The notes under the pieces: model-generated
Database searches by the model: none
What the model was told of the DNA's origin: nothing
Seen by the model: only the letters and a program-made list of their open reading frames with translations
NCBI RefSeq assembly: GCF_965641715.1
Contig: NZ_OZ282453.1
Length of the DNA: 64,000 bases
Strand: one strand, 5' to 3'
Origin: Escherichia coli
Lineage (GTDB): Bacteria > Pseudomonadota > Gammaproteobacteria > Enterobacterales > Enterobacteriaceae
Program-made: the position numbers and the translations under genes
Shown: piece by piece, positions 1-10,197 of the stretch
Position numbering within the stretch: position 1 is the first letter of the stretch
Layout of the letters: the number at the start of each line of letters is the position of its first letter

Positions 1-1308
1 ATTGGCGCAGTGCTGCAAATGGATGATGACTACACCGTTATCAATTCGATGGTGGCAGGTGGTCCGGCAGCGAAGAGTAAAGCTATCAGCGTTGGTGACA
101 AAATTGTCGGTGTTGGTCAAACAGGCAAGCCGATGGTTGACGTGATTGGCTGGCGTCTTGATGATGTGGTTGCCTTAATTAAAGGGCCGAAGGGCAGTAA
201 AGTTCGTCTGGAAATTTTACCTGCTGGTAAAGGGACCAAGACCCGCACTGTAACATTGACCCGTGAACGTATTCGTCTCGAAGACCGCGCGGTTAAGATG
301 TCGGTGAAGACCGTCGGTAAAGAGAAAGTCGGCGTACTGGATATTCCGGGCTTCTATGTGGGTTTGACAGACGATGTCAAAGTACAACTGCAGAAACTGG
401 AAAAACAGAATGTCAGCAGTGTGATCATCGACCTGCGTAGCAATGGCGGTGGGGCGTTGACCGAAGCGGTATCGCTCTCAGGTCTGTTTATTCCTGCGGG
501 TCCTATTGTTCAGGTCCGTGATAACAACGGTAAAGTTCGTGAAGACAGCGATACCGACGGACAGGTTTTCTATAAAGGCCCGCTGGTGGTACTGGTTGAC
601 CGCTTCAGTGCTTCGGCTTCAGAAATCTTTGCCGCGGCAATGCAGGATTACGGTCGTGCGCTGGTTGTGGGTGAACCGACGTTTGGTAAAGGCACCGTTC
701 AGCAATACCGTTCATTGAACCGTATTTACGATCAGATGTTACGTCCTGAATGGCCAGCGCTGGGTTCTGTGCAGTACACGATCCAGAAATTCTATCGCGT
801 TAACGGCGGCAGTACGCAACGTAAAGGCGTAACGCCAGACATCATCATGCCGACGGGTAATGAAGAAACGGAAACGGGTGAGAAATTCGAAGATAACGCG
901 CTGCCGTGGGATAGCATTGATGCCGCGACTTATGTGAAATCAGGAGATTTAACGGCCTTTGAACCGGAGCTACTGAAGGAACATAATGCGCGTATCGCGA
1001 AAGATCCTGAGTTCCAGAACATCATGAAGGATATCGCGCGCTTCAACGCTATGAAGGACAAGCGCAATATCGTTTCTCTGAATTACGCTGTGCGTGAGAA
1101 AGAGAATAATGAAGATGATGCGACGCGTCTGGCGCGTTTGAACGAACGCTTTAAACGCGAAGGTAAACCGGAGTTGAAGAAACTGGATGATCTACCGAAA
1201 GATTACCAGGAGCCGGATCCTTATCTGGATGAGACGGTGAATATCGCACTCGATCTGGCGAAGCTTGAAAAAGCCAGACCCGCGGAACAACCCGCACCCG
1301 TCAAGTAA
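1..1308 (+). CDS. prc: Tail-specific protease Prc, C-terminal part (5' end lies upstream of window)
   Basis: Frame 1 is open from base 1; translation ...IGAVLQMDDDYTVINSMVAGGPAAKSK... matches Prc C-terminal region as I recall it; followed by a strong terminator. Confidence 0.9.
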   Translation: MGAVLQMDDDYTVINSMVAGGPAAKSKAISVGDKIVGVGQTGKPMVDVIGWRLDDVVALIKGPKGSKVRLEILPAGKGTKTRTVTLTRERIRLEDRAVKMSVKTVGKEKVGVLDIPGFYVGLTDDVKVQLQKLEKQNVSSVIIDLRSNGGGALTEAVSLSGLFIPAGPIVQVRDNNGKVREDSDTDGQVFYKGPLVVLVDRFSASASEIFAAAMQDYGRALVVGEPTFGKGTVQQYRSLNRIYDQMLRPEWPALGSVQYTIQKFYRVNGGSTQRKGVTPDIIMPTGNEETETGEKFEDNALPWDSIDAATYVKSGDLTAFEPELLKEHNARIAKDPEFQNIMKDIARFNAMKDKRNIVSLNYAVREKENNEDDATRLARLNERFKREGKPELKKLDDLPKDYQEPDPYLDETVNIALDLAKLEKARPAEQPAPVK

Positions 1309-1312
1309 TATC

Positions 1313-1344
1313 AATCAGGCACAAGAAATTGTGCCTGATTTTTT
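1313..1344 (+). terminator. Rho-independent terminator of prc
   Basis: 12-bp perfect stem AATCAGGCACAA/TTGTGCCTGATT with GAAA loop, followed by T-run. Confidence 0.8.
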
Positions 1345-1499
1345 AACAGCGGCAAGATGCCGTAAATCAGATGCTACAAAATGTAAAGTTGTGTCTTTCT
1401 GGTGACTTACGCACTATCCAGACTTGAAAATAGTCGCGTAACCCATACGATGTGGGTATCGCATATTGCGTTTTGTTAAACTGAGGTAAAAAGAAAATT

Positions 1500-2381
1500 A
1501 TGATGCGAATCGCGCTCTTCCTGCTAACGAACCTGGCCGTAATGGTCGTTTTCGGGCTGGTACTGAGCCTGACAGGGATACAGTCGAGCAGCGTTCAGGG
1601 GCTGATGATCATGGCCTTGCTGTTCGGTTTTGGTGGTTCCTTCGTTTCGCTTCTGATGTCCAAATGGATGGCATTACGATCTGTTGGCGGGGAAGTGATC
1701 GAGCAACCGCGTAACGAAAGGGAACGTTGGCTGGTCAATACTGTAGCAACCCAGGCTCGTCAGGCGGGGATCGCTATGCCGCAAGTGGCTATCTACCATG
1801 CACCGGACATCAACGCTTTTGCAACCGGTGCGCGCCGTGATGCCTCTCTGGTTGCTGTCAGCACCGGTTTGCTGCAGAACATGAGCCCGGATGAAGCCGA
1901 GGCGGTAATTGCTCACGAAATCAGCCACATCGCCAATGGCGATATGGTCACCATGACGCTGATTCAGGGCGTGGTGAACACCTTCGTTATCTTTATTTCC
2001 CGTATTCTGGCGCAGCTTGCCGCGGGTTTTATGGGCGGAAATCGTGATGAAGGTGAAGAGAGCAACGGCAACCCGCTGATCTACTTTGCGGTTGCAACGG
2101 TTCTGGAACTGGTGTTTGGTATTCTGGCGAGCATTATCACCATGTGGTTCTCGCGTCATCGTGAATTCCATGCTGATGCCGGTTCGGCAAAACTGGTTGG
2201 TCGCGAGAAAATGATTGCCGCGCTGCAGCGCCTGAAAACCAGCTATGAACCGCAAGAAGCAACCAGCATGATGGCTTTCTGCATTAACGGTAAGTCGAAA
2301 TCGCTCAGTGAGTTGTTCATGACTCACCCGCCGCTGGATAAACGTATTGAAGCTCTGCGTACGGGTGAATACCTGAAGTAA
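1500..2381 (+). CDS. htpX: Heat-shock membrane zinc metalloprotease HtpX
   Basis: 293-aa ORF; N-terminal TM segments; HEISH zinc motif (HEXXH); recognised as E. coli HtpX. Confidence 0.95.
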
Positions 2382-2400
2382 TATTATGAAGTAAACACTA

Positions 2401-2431
2401 AAAAGCGCGTCCTGATCGACGCGCTTTTTTT
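2401..2431. terminator. Bidirectional intrinsic terminator between convergent htpX and yebQ
   Basis: Stem GCGCGTC/GACGCGC with 6-nt loop, A-run upstream and T-run downstream. Confidence 0.7.
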
Positions 2432-3803
2432 ATGCCCTGGATCGTGGCTGAGTGATACGTAAACCACTGACACAGGCAGCAATCACTGCCAGAATAGCCG
2501 CAGCCATCAGCGAGACGTGTGTACCATTATCTCCAAACTGATTTAGCATCAGCGCCACCAGCGCCGCGCCGCTACTCTGACCCAGTAGACGAGCCGTTCC
2601 TAACATGCCACTGGCTCCACCGCTACGTTCGCGAGGAGCGGAGGTAATAATGGTGTGGTTATTGGGTGACTGGAACAAGCCAAATCCAGCGCCACATAAG
2701 ATCATCGGCCAGATAATATTGATATCCGCAGGTGACGCGGGCAGCAGAACTAGGGAAAAAAGCCCCGCAGCCATGATGAATAATCCTAAAGCACCCAGCA
2801 ATCCTGCATGTACGCGTTCAATCAAATAGCCTGCCAACGGAGCCATCACCATCGTTGCTAACGGCCACGGTGTCAGAAGTAAACCTGTTTCGACTTCACT
2901 ACGCCCGAGCACGGTTTGCAGGTAAAAGGGCAGGGAAACCATTGCCAGCATTTGTGCGCAGAAAGAGCAAACAGATGTGCAAATAGAAAGTGAAAACAGC
3001 GGGATACGCAGTAAATCCACCGGTAGCAGCGGTACGGGAAGAGAAAGCTGGCGGCGAATAAAGAAAATACCAACAACAACCATTACCACCAGTTCCGCAG
3101 CAATTAACGTCAGCGATTGCCCCTGAGCGAAACCACTCAACGCAGTGATAAGCAGGCCGAAGGTTAACGCGTTCATCACGGCGCTGGGAAGGTCGAAACG
3201 GGGTTTACTGGCGCGAGAACCATTGGGTGGCAGAAAACGCATCGCCAGAAGCAGGGCGATAATACCTAACGGTACGTTGATTAAAAATAACCATTTCCAG
3301 GATGCGATGGAGAGGATTGCTGCAGCAATTGTCGGCCCGGCAGCAGAAGAGACGGCAACAATAAACGAGTTTATGCCCATCCCTCTACCCAGAAAACGTT
3401 GTGGATAGATCAGGCGGATAAGTGCGGTATTAACGCTCATCAACGCTGCACCGCCGAAACCTTGTATGACACGCGCAAGGGTGAGCATTTGCAGCGAATC
3501 AGAAAGGGCGCAGAACAGTGAAGACAACAGAAAAACGACCAGACCGCATTTATAAATACGTCGATAGCCAAACATATCGCCCAGAAACGAAAACGAGAGC
3601 AGGGAGATGACAATGGCGATTTGATAGGCGTTCACTACCCAGATGGAACTGGCTGGCGTGGCATGAAGGTCCGTGGCGATTGTTGGCAGGGCGACGTTGG
3701 CGATTGCGCCGTCAAGGACAGCCATCGAAATACCAATCACAATGGTTAATATCGCACCGTATCGCTGGGGCAATGGCAGGCCGTCGGCCTGAACTTTTGG
3801 CAT
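2430..3803 (-). CDS. yebQ: MFS-family efflux transporter YebQ
   Basis: Long hydrophobic ORF (track 2430..3914); start placed at MPKVQADGLPLPQRY (457 aa) from recollection of YebQ; the upstream 37 codons are probably an ORF-track extension. Confidence 0.8.
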   Translation of the reverse strand: MPKVQADGLPLPQRYGAILTIVIGISMAVLDGAIANVALPTIATDLHATPASSIWVVNAYQIAIVISLLSFSFLGDMFGYRRIYKCGLVVFLLSSLFCALSDSLQMLTLARVIQGFGGAALMSVNTALIRLIYPQRFLGRGMGINSFIVAVSSAAGPTIAAAILSIASWKWLFLINVPLGIIALLLAMRFLPPNGSRASKPRFDLPSAVMNALTFGLLITALSGFAQGQSLTLIAAELVVMVVVGIFFIRRQLSLPVPLLPVDLLRIPLFSLSICTSVCSFCAQMLAMVSLPFYLQTVLGRSEVETGLLLTPWPLATMVMAPLAGYLIERVHAGLLGALGLFIMAAGLFSLVLLPASPADINIIWPMILCGAGFGLFQSPNNHTIITSAPRERSGGASGMLGTARLLGQSSGAALVALMLNQFGDNGTHVSLMAAAILAVIAACVSGLRITQPRSRA

Positions 3804-3979
3804 AGGAATTTTAAATCTTTGGTGAATAATCAACAGGGGTATGATTCTAGCACTGATATTCACGGTGGATGTCGCAGAATTGTAACTAACCGGCAAAAGA
3901 TGGATTGCGACCACCCTGGTGCGAAATTATAATAAAAAACAGTTCTGATTTTTATAAAACACTCGCAATGAGGTGATAA

Positions 3980-4771
3980 ATGGCTAACGCAGATCTGGAT
4001 AAACAGCCTGATTCTGTATCTTCCGTGCTAAAAGTTTTTGGCATTTTGCAGGCGCTGGGTGAAGAGCGCGAAATAGGGATAACCGAGCTGTCACAGCGCG
4101 TCATGATGTCAAAAAGCACCGTTTATCGCTTTTTACAGACCATGAAAACCCTGGGTTATGTAGCGCAGGAAGGGGAGTCGGAGAAATATTCGCTGACCCT
4201 GAAATTGTTTGAACTGGGCGCTCGCGCGTTACAAAACGTTGATTTAATTCGTAGCGCAGATATCCAGATGCGTGAGATCTCCCGCCTGACCAAAGAAACT
4301 ATCCACCTCGGCGCACTGGACGAAGACAGTATTGTTTACATCCATAAAATTGACTCTATGTACAATTTGCGCATGTATTCACGGATTGGGCGTCGTAATC
4401 CACTGTACAGCACCGCGATTGGTAAGGTACTGCTGGCATGGCGCGATCGCGATGAAGTGAAGCAAATTCTTGAGGGCGTGGAGTATAAACGCAGTACCGA
4501 GCGGACCATCACCAGTACAGAAGCGTTATTACCGGTTCTGGACCAGGTGCGCGAGCAGGGGTATGGCGAAGATAACGAAGAGCAGGAAGAAGGGCTGCGA
4601 TGCATTGCGGTTCCGGTATTTGATCGCTTTGGCGTGGTCATTGCCGGTTTGAGCATCTCCTTCCCGACGTTGCGTTTCTCTGAAGAGCGTTTAAAGGAAT
4701 ATGTCGCAATGTTGCATACTGCAGCGCGCAAAATTTCTGCACAAATGGGTTATCACGACTATCCGTTCTGA
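3980..4771 (+). CDS. kdgR: IclR-family transcriptional repressor KdgR
   Basis: 263-aa ORF with N-terminal HTH and IclR effector domain; recognised as KdgR. Confidence 0.9.
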   Translation: MANADLDKQPDSVSSVLKVFGILQALGEEREIGITELSQRVMMSKSTVYRFLQTMKTLGYVAQEGESEKYSLTLKLFELGARALQNVDLIRSADIQMREISRLTKETIHLGALDEDSIVYIHKIDSMYNLRMYSRIGRRNPLYSTAIGKVLLAWRDRDEVKQILEGVEYKRSTERTITSTEALLPVLDQVREQGYGEDNEEQEEGLRCIAVPVFDRFGVVIAGLSISFPTLRFSEERLKEYVAMLHTAARKISAQMGYHDYPF

Positions 4772-4780
4772 TGAGAGTAA

Positions 4781-4818
4781 GAACCTGTCGGAATATCAAA
4801 CAGACAGGTTCTTTATTT
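4781..4818 (+). terminator. Intrinsic terminator after kdgR
   Basis: 9-bp stem GAACCTGTC/GACAGGTTC, 13-nt loop, followed by TTTATTT. Confidence 0.65.
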
Positions 4819-4914
4819 AGCATGAGAAAAATAAAGTTGAAGGTGGCGTTATATTAAACGCGCTTGCTATAAGAGTATTTTACTCATGAGTGAGAATCTG
4901 GTTATTTATTACAC

Positions 4915-5154
4915 TTAACCATTATCGACCACGATATTGCTTTTGCGTAACAGCGGGCAATCTGTTATCCCCAAAAAACCACTTTTAGTGTGCAAGTATT
5001 GTACCGTGCTGGTGCCTCTGGCAGTCAGATAGGTACATTGCAAACCTAATCCTGCGGCATTCTCTTTGCTTCCAATCAAAACGCCATATCCGCTGAGTAA
5101 TAATCCTATCCATACCAGTGCTATCAGCATAACTGTGCGAATGATGAATCGCAT
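4915..5154 (-). CDS. yobH: Small membrane protein YobH
   Basis: 79-aa ORF MRFIIRTVMLIALVWIGLL... with signal/TM segment; matches position between kdgR and mgrB. Confidence 0.75.
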   Translation of the reverse strand: MRFIIRTVMLIALVWIGLLLSGYGVLIGSKENAAGLGLQCTYLTARGTSTVQYLHTKSGFLGITDCPLLRKSNIVVDNG

Positions 5155-5312
5155 TACAACCTCTTCTCTTTTTATGTTCGCTTAATCGTAGCGGCAATAT
5201 GCGCTGAAGCAAGCGACTCATTCCGAAAAAGCACGAATATCGACATAGTTAGGCGCTGTTTAACTAACGCATGCTAGTTTAATGACATAAGGTAGGTGAA
5301 ACGGAGATTGGA

Positions 5313-5456
5313 GTGAAAAAGTTTCGATGGGTCGTTCTGGTTGTCGTGGTGTTGGCTTGCTTGCTGCTTTGGGCGCAGGTATTCAACATGATGTGCGATC
5401 AGGATGTACAATTTTTCAGCGGAATTTGTGCCATTAACCAGTTTATCCCGTGGTGA
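5313..5456 (+). CDS. mgrB: PhoQ-inhibitory small membrane protein MgrB (47 aa, GTG start)
   Basis: Manual translation from GTG at 5313: [47 protein letters not shown]; below the 60-aa cutoff of the ORF track. Confidence 0.85.
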
Positions 5457-5530
5457 TATCATTTTTTCAGCACTAGATTTTCTTCCTCTCCAGCAGTGGT
5501 AGAATAGCGCCTCTACTCAGAGGTGGTGAA

Positions 5531-5818
5531 ATGAACGAAGTTGTAAATTCAGGCGTGATGAACATTGCGTCTTTGGTTGTATCGGTGGTGGTTCTTCTTA
5601 TCGGGCTCATCTTGTGGTTTTTTATTAATCGTGCCAGTTCTCGGACTAACGAACAGATTGAACTGCTTGAGGCGTTGCTGGATCAGCAAAAACGTCAAAA
5701 TGCACTGTTACGTCGTTTGTGCGAAGCAAACGAACCAGAGAAAGCAGATAAAAAGACCATTGAGAGTCAAAAATCGGTTGAAGACGAAGATATTATTCGC
5801 CTGGTCGCCGAACGATAA
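5531..5818 (+). CDS. yebO: Small membrane protein YebO
   Basis: 95-aa ORF with one N-terminal TM helix and charged C-terminus. Confidence 0.8.
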   Translation: MNEVVNSGVMNIASLVVSVVVLLIGLILWFFINRASSRTNEQIELLEALLDQQKRQNALLRRLCEANEPEKADKKTIESQKSVEDEDIIRLVAER

Positions 5819-6487
5819 TCCTTCCTCAATCTTGAGTAACCCCGTCGTTGAAGGGTTACTCAATTCATCCTGATTATACGCACTGTCATGGTGCAATTGC
5901 TTCAAATTAAAACTCTGGTCTGACTTCAAATAATTATCATATTATTTATTTGCGTAACGGGATATCAGAAAAAGATATTTACCTCATTAATTTATTAGGA
6001 TGTTTACATCGGATTTGTGATTAAGCGTGGTATTATTTATTAGCGAAACGTTTCTCTCTTGATTTTTTTGCTCACTCATCAATTTTTCTTATTTTAAATT
6101 TACAATCCCTTTGGGGATTGACTTCTCTTTAGGGTAATTGATAGCCGTTAACTGACTGTTTTATGAGAAAAAGTGATATAACTTTTTATTCATTGCATAG
6201 CAGAAAATGTGATATTGCACGCACTATGTAATAACTTCTCCCACTGGCCTGGAACAACTGAACTTATTGAACTATGTTAGAAACTACGCCAGTTTAAGTA
6301 TCTGCCTGAACTGGCAAGGTTAAGCACAATGATATATCGGCGCGTATTCCGTTGCATAAGTGTGCAAAAAAAGTGGAAGACGTATCGAGATTTGTGCGTC
6401 TGATCGAGACATGTTTAAAAATGGCTTGCCATAATTAACGTTGTATGTGATAACAGATTTCGGGTTAAACGAGGTACAGTTCTGTTT

Positions 6488-6631
6488 ATGTGTGGCATTT
6501 TCAGTAAAGAAGTCCTGAGTAAACACGTTGACGTTGAATACCGCTTCTCTGCCGAGCCTTATATTGGTGCCTCATGCAGTAATGTGTCAGTTTTATCTAT
6601 GTTATGCCTGCGGGCGAAGAAAACAATCTAA
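6488..6631 (+). CDS. yobF: Small protein YobF (47 aa), co-transcribed with cspC
   Basis: Manual translation [47 protein letters not shown], ends 12 bp before cspC start. Confidence 0.75.
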
Positions 6632-6643
6632 GGAATTTTTCAA

Positions 6644-6853
6644 ATGGCAAAGATTAAAGGTCAGGTTAAGTGGTTCAACGAGTCTAAAGGTTTTGGCTTC
6701 ATTACTCCTGCTGATGGCAGCAAAGATGTGTTCGTACACTTCTCCGCTATCCAGGGTAATGGCTTCAAAACTCTGGCTGAAGGTCAGAACGTTGAGTTCG
6801 AAATTCAGGACGGCCAGAAAGGTCCGGCAGCTGTTAACGTAACAGCTATCTGA
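6644..6853 (+). CDS. cspC: Cold-shock-domain protein CspC
   Basis: 69-aa [40 protein letters not shown]... with RNP1/RNP2 motifs. Confidence 0.95.
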
Positions 6854-6898
6854 TCGAATCCACTGATCTGAAGTGTGAATACGCTTCAATCTCGCTAT

Positions 6899-6925
6899 AA
6901 AGCCTCGTCGAATGCGAGGCTTTTT
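6899..6925 (+). terminator. Intrinsic terminator after cspC
   Basis: Stem AAAGCCTCG/CGAGGCTTT, 7-nt loop, followed by TTTTT. Confidence 0.8.
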
Positions 6926-7018
6926 ACTATGCTTTATCTTCGCTCCTGGCGTTCGGATATTTGCCCGCCGCGTGATTCGCGTTACACTTGCGGCCTTTAG
7001 TATCCTGCCGGAGTTGTC

Positions 7019-7828
7019 ATGTCGTTTTCCTGTCCACTTTGCCATCAGCCTCTTTCGCGTGAAAAAAACAGCTATATCTGTCCCCAACGACATCAGTTTG
7101 ATATGGCGAAAGAAGGGTATGTCAATCTGCTGCCCGTTCAGCATAAACGGTCTCGTGATCCGGGCGACAGCGCGGAAATGATGCAAGCACGCCGCGCATT
7201 CTTAGATACCGGACATTATCAGCCGCTGCGTGATGCAATTGTCGCCCAACTGCGGGAACGGCTTGATGAAAAGGCCACGGCGGTGCTGGATATTGGCTGT
7301 GGTGAAGGGTATTACACACACGCATTTGCCGATGCGTTGCCCGAAATCACCACGTTTGGTCTGGATGTTTCGAAGGTAGCGATAAAAGCGGCGGCGAAAC
7401 GCTATCCGCAGGTCACTCTTTGTGTCGCTTCCAGCCACCGTTTGCCGTTTTCCGATACCAGTATGGACGCCATAATACGTATTTACGCGCCGTGTAAAGC
7501 AGAAGAATTAGCACGAGTAGTGAAGCCCGGCGGCTGGGTCATTACTGCCACGCCGGGACCGCGACATTTGATGGAGCTGAAGGGGCTGATTTACAATGAA
7601 GTACATCTTCATGCACCTCATGCAGAACAACTGGAAGGTTTTACATTACAGCAGAGTGATGAGTTGTGTTATCCGATGCGTCTTCGCGGTGATGAAGCCG
7701 TCGCATTATTGCAGATGACGCCGTTTGCCTGGCGTGCGAAGCCAGAAGTCTGGCAAACACTGGCAGCAAAAGAAGTGTTCGACTGCCAGACGGACTTTAA
7801 TATTCACCTCTGGCAGCGTTCTTATTAA
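7019..7828 (+). CDS. rlmA: 23S rRNA m1G745 methyltransferase RlmA
   Basis: 269-aa ORF with N-terminal Cys4 zinc ribbon (CPLC...CPQRH) and SAM-binding motif DIGCGEGYY. Confidence 0.9.
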
Positions 7829-8391
7829 CCGTGGAAGTGCGTCCAGAGGATCTGGACGCCGATGCCGATCAGCACCAGCCCGCCGAGAATTTCCGCTTTT
7901 TTCCCAATAATTGAGCCGATAAAGCGACCAACCATCATCCCTAATGTCGACATAATCAAGGTTGCACAACCAATGGCCAATGCGGTCGCGATAATGTTGA
8001 CCTGAAGGAAAGCAAGACCAACACCCACAGCCATGGCATCCAGGCTGGTGGCAATCGCGGTGGTTACCAGTAGCCAGAAACCGTGCCGACGGCGCGGCTC
8101 TTCATCTTCATCATCTGCGCCACGAAAACCCTCAATAATCATTCGCCCGCCGAGGAATATCAGCAGCACAAACGCAATCCAGTGATTCCATTCAAGGACA
8201 AACCGGCTGGCTAACATGCCCATTCCCCAGCCGATCAGCGGTGTCAGGGTTTCGACGGCACCAAAAATAAGGCCGGTTCGCAATGCTTCAGAAAATTTCG
8301 GTTTATGGAGGGTGGCACCTTTACCGATTGATGCAGCAAATGCATCCATCGACATACCAAACGCAAGAAGAACAGTAGCAGTGATATTCAT
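7825..8391 (-). CDS. mntP: Manganese efflux pump MntP
   Basis: 188-aa membrane protein starting [18 protein letters not shown]...; the ORF track extends 81 codons further upstream (to 8634) across the leader and is not part of the gene. Confidence 0.9.
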
Positions 8392-8394
8392 GAC

Positions 8395-8625
8395 AACGTC
8401 CTGACCGGGGTATCCATAAAACACATCATCGCCCCCAGCAAACATGCATACATGAACAACAAGCCGCGATGGTTTTTCGCGTTCATGCAGGCATAGCGAT
8501 TGATGTGCATATGGTCTCGCCTGACTGAAAGTCTTCAGTCCGTACGTGCCACGTTTTGCAACGAGTATGTTGACACGTACATTTCCGGAATCTGGAAATT
8601 GGCTACTCCCCAAATGAGGGCGCAA
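8395..8625 (-). promoter_or_regulatory. mntP 5' leader, probable yybP-ykoY (manganese) riboswitch
   Basis: Long leader upstream of mntP; minus-strand RNA contains GGGGAGUAGCC (8601-8611 on plus strand as GGCTACTCCCC) and GAGACC (8513-8518) consistent with conserved riboswitch elements as I recall them; E. coli mntP is known to carry this riboswitch. Confidence 0.55.
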
Positions 8626-8820
8626 CCTTAACATATTTTGAGAATATAAAACAACTGTTGGAATATATTATTTTATTGCTTTGTTGATAACGATTTTCAT
8701 TTAGATTTATATATCAATGAAACGTTAAAATAAATAACAAATAAGGGAAGAGGTAATATAGCCTAAGCTATGTCTGATTATTAAAAATACACTAAACATA
8801 GCTTTGGCTAAATTAATAAC

Positions 8821-9279
8821 TCATTGAGTTGAAACGAGAAGTTTATAAATTCTTTCCAGATCGTCGATATTTCGAACGCGGATTAACAGCCGACGCTGTT
8901 CTAATTGCATCACCAACACGCCATCTTCCGACAAGTTCATCGCTTTGATTCGGCTATATTCAATCCAGACATTGGCGAAGAAAAAACCTTTTTGTTTAAA
9001 GATGATCTTCGGAACGCGGATCCAGAATATATAAAAACCCATCAGAGCCAGTGCGCTTAATAACCATGTCGTTATTAACGCACCATGATTCGTGACGTTG
9101 TTATAGATAAGAATGACAATCAATCCGACGAAGATAACGCTATCGATGCGACCACGCCGGAGCAAAGGAATTGCCAGCAGGGTGGGGCCGTTACGGCGGG
9201 GCATGATGAACTGATCGTAGATCGCGAAGGCCAGGAGTGCGGCGATGAAAAGAATCAGTACCAGGTCCGTGATTGTCAT
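8821..9279 (-). CDS. yobD: Inner-membrane protein YobD (DUF986)
   Basis: 152-aa hydrophobic ORF in the expected position between mntP and manZ. Confidence 0.8.
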
Positions 9280-9333
9280 TAATCCTCCAGATAAAAAAAC
9301 GGGGCCAAAAGGCCCCGGTAGTGTACAACAGTC

Positions 9334-10194
9334 TTACAGTCCCAGCAGGCCGCAAGCGTAACCAGCGATACCGATGACGAAGAAGCCAACGATGATCCAC
9401 AGCGGGTTAACTTTTTTGCGCAGTAGCCACATACAAGCAAAGGTCAGCAGCAGTGGTACCAGGCCTGGCATTAACTGGTCCAGAATAGTCTGGACAGTAG
9501 TAACGTGTTCTTTGCCCGTCTGGTCAGTAATGCGAGAGACAACCAGCGGGATGTTGACATGTGTCCACTTGTTAACCAATGCCCCCATGACAAACAGGCC
9601 GAGGATAGACGCCCCTTCCGTCAGTTTTTGCAGGAAGCCACCACCCATATCTTTAACGATATCGATACCTTTGGAGTAACCATACGCTACGCCGTAGTAA
9701 CGGGTTGCCAGACGCACCAGGTTAAACAGGATGAAGAACAGCAGCGGACCTAACAGGCTGCCGCTCATCGCGATACCGGCACCCAGTGCTGCAAATACCG
9801 GACGTACGGTTCCCCAGAAGATCGGGTCGCCTACACCAGCCAGCGGCCCCATCAAACCGACTTTGATACCGTTGATAGCACCGTCGTCGATCTCTGCGCC
9901 ATTAGCACGCTGTTCTTCCAGCGCCAGGGTTACGCCGAGAATCGGCGCAGCCACGAACGGCTGGGTGTTAAAGAACTCCAGGTGACGGCGAATAGCTTGT
10001 TTACGAGCTTCGTTGTTCTCAGGGTAGAGGCGACGAATTGCCGGTACCATAGAGAAGCAGAAACCCAGTGCCTGCATACGTTCGAAGTTCCATGAACCCT
10101 GGAAGAGGTTAGAACGCAGGAAGACGCCACGAATATCACTTTGAGTGAGTTTTTTCTCGGTGGTAGTTTGAGTTGTATCAACCATTTCGCTCAC
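9334..10194 (-). CDS. manZ: Mannose PTS EIID component ManZ
   Basis: 286-aa membrane ORF; last gene of the manXYZ operon, 4 bp after manY. Confidence 0.9.
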   Translation of the reverse strand: MSEMVDTTQTTTEKKLTQSDIRGVFLRSNLFQGSWNFERMQALGFCFSMVPAIRRLYPENNEARKQAIRRHLEFFNTQPFVAAPILGVTLALEEQRANGAEIDDGAINGIKVGLMGPLAGVGDPIFWGTVRPVFAALGAGIAMSGSLLGPLLFFILFNLVRLATRYYGVAYGYSKGIDIVKDMGGGFLQKLTEGASILGLFVMGALVNKWTHVNIPLVVSRITDQTGKEHVTTVQTILDQLMPGLVPLLLTFACMWLLRKKVNPLWIIVGFFVIGIAGYACGLLGL

Positions 10195-10197
10195 CTG

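Noticed and set aside
506-718. 70-aa ORF inside prc in another frame, and similar short internal ORFs throughout the track
   Set aside because: Embedded within confidently assigned genes; no independent evidence.
1674-2327. 217-aa ORF antisense to htpX
   Set aside because: Fully embedded opposite a well-supported gene; no independent start context; typical antisense ORF artefact in a GC-biased coding region.
8392-8634. 81-codon N-terminal extension of the mntP ORF
   Set aside because: Runs through the structured leader/riboswitch; the recognised MntP protein starts at MNITATV (8391).
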